DNA of 64,000 nucleotides from a virus: IMG/VR virus record IMGVR_UViG_3300042396_000723, positions 32,001 to 96,000 of that record; one strand, 5' to 3'. Shown piece by piece: positions 56,125 to 64,000 of this stretch (position 1 is its first letter; each line of letters starts with the position of its first letter). The notes under the pieces were generated by a model. It saw only the letters and a program-made list of their open reading frames with translations, ran no database searches and was not told where the DNA came from. The position numbers and the translations under genes were made by a program.

Positions 56125-57549
56125 ATGCTGAAATCAAAACCAAGTTCTTTGTATCGGGTTGATGAAGATGAAGTAGCAATGGGAAGTGGTGGGAGAGGAA
56201 CTGCACCAACCGAAGCCCAAATGAAGCTATTTATTGCCCAAACTTTGTCAATGAACTTCGCCTATAACGCCCCAGTTGTTGTGCTTAAATTTGATGTTGC
56301 CGAGAATGGGAATATTGCCGGATTATTTAAAGATGCGGCACGTCCACGGATGTTTTCCTTTACCTTAGACGGGGAGTCCGTAACTTATAAGCCTTACAAA
56401 CCTGGTAAAATGGACAGCTTGGAATCAGACGAGGATGTCCAAGAATGGGAGGCATTTTCAGAGGGGTACGGGTTCCGCGTAGATGCGGGGGTAGGGGGCA
56501 AAAAAAAGCCTCAATGCGTTAAGCCCACCGCTTACAATTGTGGGAGTGCCTGTATTAATGTGATGAAGGACTGTAAGACTAACGCCAAAGATGCAGTTTC
56601 TAAGGATAGGCTTAAAAAGTTGAAAGGTGTGGCGATGTCTTATTACAAGGAATTTGAGAAACTTGATAAGACAGAAAGAGGCAGTGACAAACAGAAGGGA
56701 TTTGGCGACAAATCAAATCAAGCTAGTCGGAAAAGAGTTGAATTGATGGAGCAATCCAAAAGCAAAAAGGGGGTAAAGTCGGACGAACCCCAGATCAAGC
56801 CCAAGGCAGAAAGTAAAAAGCCTTCTACTCAAAAATTATCAACACAGAAAACGGTAGAACCCGAAGTTAAAACCAAGCCAAACGTAGAACCTAAAAAGAC
56901 GGAATCCAAGCCAAAGTCCAAAGCCAATCCCTTTTATAGTGACGAACCAATTAAGGATTATGAGACTTTTAAAAAGGAAATACCAAAAGAACTGGCTAGG
57001 TTTAATTTTGAATACAATATGGACGGGTTGATCCCTATTCCAAGAATGAGAGAGGAATTAAAAGGGAGAGTAAAAGCAGAGGACTTTGATAAGTGGATGC
57101 TACAGTCTCAAGCCGATAATGATAATATTCGACTTAGTGAAGGGCAAAAGAAAATGCCAGGGGGGATAAAAACCGAACTAGGAAACCACAGGGATAACAT
57201 TCGATTTTTTGACAAAGAGGCTATGGAAAAAGCTAGGACTGAAACGAAAAGAAAACCCGGTCAAATAATAGATCCAAAAGAATTTGAAGACGTGGCAATG
57301 AAGTCCTTAACCGATCTTGATAAGGACGGGAAATATGGCAATCTCATCCCTATTCATGAACTCAGAAAAACCCTTGGCGACAAAGTAAGTCGAGGGGATT
57401 TCAATAATTTATTGATGGAAATGCAGGCAAATGACAAGGTTCAATTAATTGGGGGTCAAATGACAGATGCCACCCCAAAAAAAGTGGAGGACTCTGTTGT
57501 ATCAGAGCTGGGGGCATATCGTTATTACGTTAAAATCCTCAAGGATTAA
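56125..57549 (+). CDS. polymorphic effector family member C (tandem ~45-aa repeat C-terminus)
   Basis: 474 aa; shared N-domain and KPQCVKPTAYNCGSACINVMKDCKTN; C-terminus has two similar units (GLIPIPRMREELKGRVKAEDFDKWM / GNLIPIHELRKTLGDKVSRGDFNNLL). Confidence 0.5.
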   Translation: MLKSKPSSLYRVDEDEVAMGSGGRGTAPTEAQMKLFIAQTLSMNFAYNAPVVVLKFDVAENGNIAGLFKDAARPRMFSFTLDGESVTYKPYKPGKMDSLESDEDVQEWEAFSEGYGFRVDAGVGGKKKPQCVKPTAYNCGSACINVMKDCKTNAKDAVSKDRLKKLKGVAMSYYKEFEKLDKTERGSDKQKGFGDKSNQASRKRVELMEQSKSKKGVKSDEPQIKPKAESKKPSTQKLSTQKTVEPEVKTKPNVEPKKTESKPKSKANPFYSDEPIKDYETFKKEIPKELARFNFEYNMDGLIPIPRMREELKGRVKAEDFDKWMLQSQADNDNIRLSEGQKKMPGGIKTELGNHRDNIRFFDKEAMEKARTETKRKPGQIIDPKEFEDVAMKSLTDLDKDGKYGNLIPIHELRKTLGDKVSRGDFNNLLMEMQANDKVQLIGGQMTDATPKKVEDSVVSELGAYRYYVKILKD

Positions 57550-57650
57550 ACAAGATCAAATAGCTACAAGCCGAAAGTGTTAAAAGAAATAGCAGTAGGA
57601 ACATATAGAAATCCTTAATTAAGTTACAGGCAAAAGGAATATCAAAAAAC

Positions 57651-59516
57651 ATGATCATAGAGACTAAATCAGCCCCAACAAAAGCTCAAATGCAAGCAGC
57701 GATCGCCCAGACTCTTGCTCTTCCTTTTGCCTATAACTCCCCAGTGGATGTGATGGACTTTAAGGTAGATGGCACGGGTAAAATATCAGGGCGATTCAAG
57801 GATTCTGCCCGTCCAAGGGTGTTTGATTTTGAGTTAGATGGAAATACCGTCAACTTCAAACCTTACACGACAGGACGTATGGATTCGGACGATGCAGTGG
57901 AACAATGGGAGGAGTTCTCGTCAGGGTATTCCTATCGTTTTGATGCTAAGGCAAAAGCCAAGGCGAAAAGCAAGACAGGAGACTCCAAGAAACCCCAATG
58001 CGTTAAACCCACAGCATATAATTGCGGAAAAGCCTGTATAAATATTAATAATAATTGTAAATCCAACCCCGACGATGCTAACTCAAAGGATCGTTTAGAA
58101 AAACTGAAAGCTGCTGGTATTGATTACGCTAAAGAAACTAAGAAATCCACTCCTAAATCTACCGCAAAAACCAAGAAAGAGGTAGAAAAACCACCGGAAA
58201 TAGATAAAACCCCTAAAATAGATAAAACCCCTGAAAAGATAGAGGGAAAGGCTACCGAGTCCAAATCCCTTAATTTAGTAGGAAAAGGGGATCACGAGTC
58301 CGTCCCCAAAGATGCGAATGAATACTATGAAGCAATGAAAACATCGGGCAATCCTATCTCTTATGACGATGCCATAAAGATTACCGGAGCCGTTAGAGAG
58401 TGGACGGAGGATGCTTCTTATATTAGGGAATCTCAAAAAGCAGGGAAATACAGCATTATTGCCGACCGGATTAATGATTACGTTAAAAGTTCAACGCCAT
58501 TCAAGGGCGAAATTTATCGAGGCATCTCCTTCGGATCAACAGATGAGGCTTTGAGTTGGGCTAAGGGAGATAGTGATGGGATATTAGATAATCAGAATGC
58601 CCATGCTTCTTGGACTTCTAACTGGGATAAAGCCAGAAAGTTTGCTGGTAACAATTCGGTAAACGACTTTACATCGCAACCTGTCATTATCAAAACAAAT
58701 AATAAGTCGGGTGCCTCCATCAAAAACCTAAGCAACATTGGCACAGAAGATGAGGTAGTGGTTGTCAAAGACACTCGCCATCGGGTTAAGAATGTTGTAT
58801 ACGAAGATGGTGTTTTGATCGTTGAGACAGAAGAAGTTTCTCCAGATGAGGGAAAGAAAGCGCCTGAACCATCACCAGAAATAACTAAACCCCAAAAAGA
58901 ATCCGAGGAAAAGGCAGTTAAACAACCCGAAAATAAACCCAAAAACCTTAATTTAGTGGGCAAAGGCGATCATGAATCCATGCCATCAAGCCACAAAGAG
59001 TATTATAAAGCACTGAAAAAAGCAGGGGTCAATATTTCTGAGAAGGAGGCAGCAGCCACCACTACAGCCATCTATAAATGGACGAGGAATGCTAACGACA
59101 TCCGAGCCGATCAAAAGGCAGGAGAGGAGAACGAAGATGCAAATCGAATCTCTAATTATGTCAGGAACTCAACCCCATACAAAGGCGAAGTTTACCGAGG
59201 GATTCACTTTGAAACCAAAGAGGAGGCTTTAAACTGGACTAAAGGCGACAAGGATGGAGTGCTAGATAATCAAGGTGCTCACGCCTCTTGGTCATCTAGC
59301 CTTAAAACAGCAGAAGAATTTTCAGACGATTTCTTTATTGAGGAAAAAAGATATCCTGTTGTCATTAAATCAATCAACAAATCAGGTGCTTCTATTAAGA
59401 ATTTAAGCAACATCAAAGAAGAAGACGAGGTTATGGTTTTAAAGGATACTCGCCATCGGGTTAAAAGTGTCAGGGAAGAAAACGGACGGATTATTGTTGA
59501 AGCTGAGGAAGTATAG
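57651..59516 (+). CDS. polymorphic effector family member D with two tandem ADP-ribosyltransferase-like domains
   Basis: 621 aa; shared N-domain and Cys knuckle; two ~190-aa repeats each with YRG (58515-58523; 59193-59201), S-x-S (WTS/WSS) and E-D-E-hydrophobic (58746-58754; 59421-59429) in R-S-ExE order. Confidence 0.55.
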   Translation: MIIETKSAPTKAQMQAAIAQTLALPFAYNSPVDVMDFKVDGTGKISGRFKDSARPRVFDFELDGNTVNFKPYTTGRMDSDDAVEQWEEFSSGYSYRFDAKAKAKAKSKTGDSKKPQCVKPTAYNCGKACININNNCKSNPDDANSKDRLEKLKAAGIDYAKETKKSTPKSTAKTKKEVEKPPEIDKTPKIDKTPEKIEGKATESKSLNLVGKGDHESVPKDANEYYEAMKTSGNPISYDDAIKITGAVREWTEDASYIRESQKAGKYSIIADRINDYVKSSTPFKGEIYRGISFGSTDEALSWAKGDSDGILDNQNAHASWTSNWDKARKFAGNNSVNDFTSQPVIIKTNNKSGASIKNLSNIGTEDEVVVVKDTRHRVKNVVYEDGVLIVETEEVSPDEGKKAPEPSPEITKPQKESEEKAVKQPENKPKNLNLVGKGDHESMPSSHKEYYKALKKAGVNISEKEAAATTTAIYKWTRNANDIRADQKAGEENEDANRISNYVRNSTPYKGEVYRGIHFETKEEALNWTKGDKDGVLDNQGAHASWSSSLKTAEEFSDDFFIEEKRYPVVIKSINKSGASIKNLSNIKEEDEVMVLKDTRHRVKSVREENGRIIVEAEEV

Positions 59517-59527
59517 GAGATTTAACT

Positions 59528-59620
59528 ATGAGTTTAACGACTAGAAAAGATGCCATGCTAACGGAATCTCAGATGAAGTTGGCGATCGCCCAGACTCTTG
59601 CCCTTCCTTTTATGTTCTGA
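59528..59620 (+). pseudogene. N-terminal fragment of disrupted family member E
   Basis: Translates MSLTTRKDAMLTESQMKLAIAQTLALPFMF then stop; the central ~100 aa of the N-domain is missing before the Cys knuckle. Confidence 0.45.
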
Positions 59621-60716
59621 AATGAAAAAACCCCAATGCGTAAAGCCAACATCATATAACTGCGGAGCGGCTTGTATCAACGTTTCCAAATCTTGCCAAC
59701 AAGTCCCTTCTGAATCTTTTGGGCGATCGCGTCTTCAGAAGTTAAAACAAATTGCTTCTATTTATGCGAAGCAAAACACAGCAAAATCTCAAAGACAAGG
59801 GGCTACGGCTAACAAGATCATAGGATCAATTGAAGAAAAAAGGAAAACTGAAGCGACATCTTTGGCACAAGACAGAAAAGTTATTAACCAAGACCGTAGA
59901 AAAGCTAGGTTAAAAGCCGAAGCAAAAGCCAAGAGAGAGCAACTATTAAAGATGTATGAAGATGTTAGTAAAACGTCAACATCAAAAGGCAATGTCCCCA
60001 AACTTTTGAATACAGAAGCTCCTGACAGGGAGCTAACAAGGTTAAAAAATAAGTACGAAAAGCAATCGGTTGAAACGGCAAAGACCAACCTACAAAAAGC
60101 CGAGAGAGCGCTAAGTAGTGCGCTTAAAACTATAGGGGAGATGAAACAGGAGTCTGATAAATTCCTAGAAGAAACCCGAAAACTGGTACAGGTAGACAAA
60201 CCTACTAAATTAAACTCATCGGTCAAAACCGGAACCCCTAACGCCCATAAAAAAGGTGTTGAGGCGTTCCAAAAAATGATCTCAATTCCAGGCTTGGACA
60301 CTCCAGTTAGTATTGTGGAAACCCCTCCAGAAAGGAAGGGGAGAAGTTGCTACAAACCCAAGACAAATAATGTATTCATGGGTAATTCCGACCCTGCCGT
60401 TGTAGTTCATGAGATGAGTCACTGGCTAGAGGAGAAAGTACCAGGAATCAGAGAGGAAGTTCAGGAGTTTTATAATAAGAGAACCCAAGGCGAGAAAAAT
60501 ATTAAACTAAGTGAAGTTACTGGCAATAAAAACTATGGGGATAGAGAGGTTACAAAGGTTGATAAATGGTTAAATCCTTACATGGGCAAGGAATACAAAA
60601 ACGCCTCTGAAATCCTTTCTATGGGAATGGAAATAATGTACCGCAACCCTGCTTATTTAGCCAAGAATGACCCCGAAATGTTCGACTTTATTTATAGTGT
60701 TGTGAGGAGAGGATGA
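59598..60716 (+). CDS. family member E, N-terminally truncated (Cys knuckle plus HExxH domain)
   Basis: 372 aa track ORF; likely start ATG 59622 (MKKPQCVKPTSYNCGAACINV); C-terminal VVHEMSHW (60408-60422). Confidence 0.45.
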   Translation: MPFLLCSEMKKPQCVKPTSYNCGAACINVSKSCQQVPSESFGRSRLQKLKQIASIYAKQNTAKSQRQGATANKIIGSIEEKRKTEATSLAQDRKVINQDRRKARLKAEAKAKREQLLKMYEDVSKTSTSKGNVPKLLNTEAPDRELTRLKNKYEKQSVETAKTNLQKAERALSSALKTIGEMKQESDKFLEETRKLVQVDKPTKLNSSVKTGTPNAHKKGVEAFQKMISIPGLDTPVSIVETPPERKGRSCYKPKTNNVFMGNSDPAVVVHEMSHWLEEKVPGIREEVQEFYNKRTQGEKNIKLSEVTGNKNYGDREVTKVDKWLNPYMGKEYKNASEILSMGMEIMYRNPAYLAKNDPEMFDFIYSVVRRG

Positions 60717-61852
60717 TTAAATACAGAGAAGACAAGAGGGAAAAGAAAGCTCAATGCGTGAAGACTACTTCCTATAATTGCGGTCTATCTTGCATTAATG
60801 TTAAGAAAAATTGCAGGATAGTCCCGAATGATTCAAGGTCAAAGGATAGGCTTGAAAAGCTGAAAACAATGGGGATTGATTACGCTAAAATTAGACCCTC
60901 AAAGTCTAAAGTTAAGCCGACACCAACCCCTATTCCGGTCATTCCCGCGCCAGTGATACCCGCGCCAGTCGTAATGCCAGAACCCGAAGTTAAAGAGACT
61001 CCAGAGCAAAGGAAAGCGAGGTTACAAATAGAATCAAGAGTTGTTCGGCAACGACTCGTGGGGATGTATGATGATCTTGAGCATGAAGAGAAAAGAAATC
61101 CAATCAAAGCCAATCAAAATGCCATAATAGCAATTAACGAAGAAAACCCCAAAAAGTTTTTAACTAGCAGGATAAAATTCTCTAATTCAAGAGCGAAGGA
61201 TTATATTAAAACAAATCCAGAAAAAGCTCAGACATATGTGGATGCTGCCAAAATCGACCTAGAACCTGCACTAGCTAAAGTTAACGATCTTTTGGGTGAA
61301 GCCAGAAAATTAGTTGAAGTAAAGAATCCGTCATCATTTAATATAAAACAAAAAGGGGATAATATAATCCTTTACAAACACTTGTTAGATAAAGGAATTG
61401 ACGCTTTTCAGAGGTTGGTCGATGTACCAAAATTGAGAAGTCCTGTCTCCATCGTAGTAACAGAACCATTGGGAAGCAGAAGCTCTTATTCTGACGCTGC
61501 AAAGAAAATCACACTAGGAACTGATGACCCGTCTGCCATTGTCCATGAGTTAGCGCATTGGTTGGATTTGTCTGACAATGGGGTCAAAAAAGAAGTTTTA
61601 GAATTTTACAATAAAAGAACGGAGGGAGAAAAAACGGTAAAGTTAAGTGATGTTAGCAAAAACCCATATAGTAATGATGAAGTAACTAAAGTTGATAAGT
61701 GGTTAAATCTTTATATGGGAAAAGTTTATCCTGACAAGTCAACGGAAATCCTCTCAATGGGTTTAGAATTAATGTATAAGAACCCAGTATATCTAGCAAA
61801 AAAAGACCCCGAAATGTTTGACTTTATTTACTCAGTAGTTAGGAGAGGTTAG
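60713..61852 (+). CDS. family member F (Cys knuckle plus HExxH domain, lacks N-domain)
   Basis: 379 aa; starts near AQCVKTTSYNCGLSCINVKKNC; C-terminal IVHELAHW (61544-61558); C-terminal 110 aa highly similar to E and G. Confidence 0.5.
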   Translation: MIKYREDKREKKAQCVKTTSYNCGLSCINVKKNCRIVPNDSRSKDRLEKLKTMGIDYAKIRPSKSKVKPTPTPIPVIPAPVIPAPVVMPEPEVKETPEQRKARLQIESRVVRQRLVGMYDDLEHEEKRNPIKANQNAIIAINEENPKKFLTSRIKFSNSRAKDYIKTNPEKAQTYVDAAKIDLEPALAKVNDLLGEARKLVEVKNPSSFNIKQKGDNIILYKHLLDKGIDAFQRLVDVPKLRSPVSIVVTEPLGSRSSYSDAAKKITLGTDDPSAIVHELAHWLDLSDNGVKKEVLEFYNKRTEGEKTVKLSDVSKNPYSNDEVTKVDKWLNLYMGKVYPDKSTEILSMGLELMYKNPVYLAKKDPEMFDFIYSVVRRG

Positions 61853-61853
61853 C

Positions 61854-62129
61854 ATGGCTTATCGCGTTAAAATCAATGGTGTAGTGGCAATTGTTGAAAA
61901 TGGCGTTTGGTCATCCTCAACACCCCATTATGCCGAAATTCTAAATAACGTCTTGGCAATGGAGAAATTGGCAGCCATAGACCCTGATTCGCCTTTTTTC
62001 TGGCTTAATTCCCCTGCAACACCCGACCCAGATTGGTTAATTGCCACCGAAATAGCCAAAACCTTTGAGGGGACGGTGATGGATCAACCGATTACTCCTC
62101 TGACAACAGACGAAGATATTATTTATTAA
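61854..62129 (+). CDS. small protein between effector paralogues
   Basis: 91 aa tightly packed between F and G. Confidence 0.35.
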   Translation: MAYRVKINGVVAIVENGVWSSSTPHYAEILNNVLAMEKLAAIDPDSPFFWLNSPATPDPDWLIATEIAKTFEGTVMDQPITPLTTDEDIIY

Positions 62130-62133
62130 TGCG

Positions 62134-63585
62134 ATGAAGTTCAATCCAAATGCTACGGTTTCCGAGACTCAAATGAAGTTAGCGATCGCTCAAACGTTAT
62201 CGCTCCCATTTGCCTATAATTCGCCCGTGATGGTGTTGGATTTTGATTTAGGGGATAAGGATAGTAACAAGATAACAGGGCGATTCAAAGACTTATCCCG
62301 TCCCCGCGTGTTCAGTTTTGAGATAACCAAGAAGTCAGTTGTCTATAAACCCTTCGTGGCTCGAACTGATAGCACGGAATTGGATGCTAAATCGTGGGAA
62401 GATTTCTCGAAAGGTTACTCTTATCGAGTTGATAGTCAAGGCTTGAGAAAGGAAAAAGCTCAATGTGTCAAGCCGACTTCTTATAACTGTGGGAGTATTT
62501 GTATTAATATTAAGAAAAACTGTAAGGCTAATGCTGATGATGACTTTTCGGAAGAACGGATTGACAAGCTATTTAAGTTAAGAAGATATTATACAGACAA
62601 ATTATTGGAAATAAATCCAAGTACACAAAGAGAAGAAGAGACTCTCCTTGAAGAAAAAGTCCGAGAAGTCTCTCGACTACTTAAACCATACAATGATCGT
62701 CAAAAAGAGCTAGAGAAACAAAAACAGGAGCAAATCAAAGAACAAAGAAGCCGTCAAATAGAAGTATTGAAGTCCGAAGCTCAATCGAAAAGAACGCAAT
62801 TAATGGCATTGTCAAATGAATTAGATAGCAATCAAAAAATATCTTCTGATGCAAGAATTAAGGCATCAGTTCACCTTGAATTCGATGATCCAGAAAGCGG
62901 AATAAAAAGGGATCTTAAATTTGCTGAAAGTGTTGCTCTAAAACTGAATAAAAATGGACAAAAAGAAGCCGAGATATTCTCCCAAAATGAGTTAAAAATT
63001 GCCATAGAAGCAAAAAAAGAAATTGATAATATTTTAGACAAAGCTCGTGAGTTGATAAAGGTTGAGAAACCAGTTGATATTGGTGTAGCGTTTGATTCTA
63101 AGAATGTAAGAAAACCAGATGAATATAAGAAAGGGCTTGAGATGTTTTCTGAAATGATTTCGGTTCCCAATTTAAAAGAAACATTAGAAGTTAAAGAGAC
63201 AGATTCGGGAAGAAGTTATTACAAACAGGGAGCTATACACATGGCAAATCCAGATCCGGCGACAATCATCCACGAATCAGGGCATTGGCTAGAGGCTCGG
63301 AATATTCAGGTAAGGAGAGAAGTTAAAGAATTTTATAATAAAAGGACAGAAGGAGAGCCTATTGTCAAATTGAGCGAATCAACGGGTGATCTCTATGAAG
63401 ACTATGAAGTTACCAAGGTCGATAAATGGCTTCATCATTACATAGGGAAGTTTTATGGAAACCAGCCTAGTTCCGAGGTTCTGTCAATGGGATTAGAGAT
63501 GATGTATAAAAACCCCATTTACTTAGCCAAAAACGATCCCGAAATGTTTGATTTTATCTATTCTGTAGTTAGGCAAGGGAATTGA
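62134..63585 (+). CDS. family member G (N-domain, Cys knuckle, coiled coil, HExxH domain)
   Basis: 483 aa; MKLAIAQTLSLPFAYNSPVMVLDF; KAQCVKPTSYNCGSICINIKKNCKAN; IIHESGHW (63271-63285). Confidence 0.5.
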   Translation: MKFNPNATVSETQMKLAIAQTLSLPFAYNSPVMVLDFDLGDKDSNKITGRFKDLSRPRVFSFEITKKSVVYKPFVARTDSTELDAKSWEDFSKGYSYRVDSQGLRKEKAQCVKPTSYNCGSICINIKKNCKANADDDFSEERIDKLFKLRRYYTDKLLEINPSTQREEETLLEEKVREVSRLLKPYNDRQKELEKQKQEQIKEQRSRQIEVLKSEAQSKRTQLMALSNELDSNQKISSDARIKASVHLEFDDPESGIKRDLKFAESVALKLNKNGQKEAEIFSQNELKIAIEAKKEIDNILDKARELIKVEKPVDIGVAFDSKNVRKPDEYKKGLEMFSEMISVPNLKETLEVKETDSGRSYYKQGAIHMANPDPATIIHESGHWLEARNIQVRREVKEFYNKRTEGEPIVKLSESTGDLYEDYEVTKVDKWLHHYIGKFYGNQPSSEVLSMGLEMMYKNPIYLAKNDPEMFDFIYSVVRQGN

Positions 63586-63658
63586 AGTTAATGGGTCAAT
63601 CAAAGCAACAAAGCAAACGCTAAAATGTCTTCCTTGGAGAAAATATAGGAGGGTGGGA

Positions 63659-64000
63659 ATGCTAATAGATAAATCAACTGAAGAAGACTATCTCAATGGT
63701 CGTACTTTTGCTCAGGGTTATTTTTTGCGGATTGACGCAGCTAGAGCCGACGCAGCTAGAGCCACCCCAAAATGCAAGAATGGGGTTTCTTATAGCTGTG
63801 GGAAGTCCTGTATTAGCCTTAAGAAAAATTGCAAGTCAGAACCGCAAGATGAAAAAGGGAAACAAATTCTTAAGGCAGTAAAATCCAAGGCTTCTGAGTT
63901 TGCTAAAACAAAAGCAAAAACACCCAAAGCTACTCCAGTTAAGCCTACTGAAATTAAGCCAGATGTAGAAGCTCCTCCCCCTCCCCAAGGTGATATAAAG
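63659..64000 (+). CDS. family member H, partial (runs off window)
   Basis: Starts MLIDKSTEEDYLNGRTFAQGYFLRIDA...TPKCKNGVSYSCGKSCISLKKNCKSEP; contains a 15-bp tandem duplication; 3' end beyond window. Confidence 0.4.
   Translation, partial: MLIDKSTEEDYLNGRTFAQGYFLRIDAARADAARATPKCKNGVSYSCGKSCISLKKNCKSEPQDEKGKQILKAVKSKASEFAKTKAKTPKATPVKPTEIKPDVEAPPPPQGDIK

Noticed and set aside
1-64000. CRISPR array
   Set aside because: The only tandem repeats are short (12-33 bp), few in copy number and mostly inside coding sequence; no repeat-spacer architecture.
1-64000. Integrase / attachment site pair defining prophage ends
   Set aside because: No tyrosine or serine recombinase motifs recognised in any ORF; element boundaries are probably outside the window.

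Overview
The window reads as one segment of a tailed phage or prophage from a cyanobacterial host; neither end of the element is reached. Host signature: about 21 copies of the cyanobacterial HIP1 octamer GCGATCGC and a phage-borne NblA-like gene. Layout: (1) 214-15188, minus-strand block with a RuvC-like resolvase, a PD-(D/E)xK-like nuclease, a GH108 lysozyme, an M23 peptidase, membrane proteins, an FtsK/SpoIIIE-like ATPase, many small genes and an XRE-type regulator; (2) 15631-26614, plus-strand replication/early block with a replication-initiator candidate carrying internal iteron-like repeats, DnaB helicase, a C5 cytosine methyltransferase, a divergent tmk plus NblA-like unit and small RHH regulators; (3) 26760-41926, minus-strand block with a Rha/KilAC antirepressor, an AT-rich island of small membrane proteins, tail-fibre and other large structural proteins, and the large terminase; (4) 41998-64000, plus-strand head block (portal candidate, gpG-like morphogenesis protein, scaffold-like protein, capsid candidates, connectors). 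Interleaved with and following the head genes is an array of at least eight paralogous proteins that share an N-terminal domain and a four-cysteine knuckle but carry different C-terminal modules (ParB-like, tandem ADP-ribosyltransferase-like, HExxH metallopeptidase-like, repeats). This polymorphic, probably virion-delivered effector array is my main candidate for an undescribed system. No rRNA, complete tRNA, CRISPR array or integrase was recognised. All functional calls come from motif recognition by eye on the supplied translations; no database search was run.
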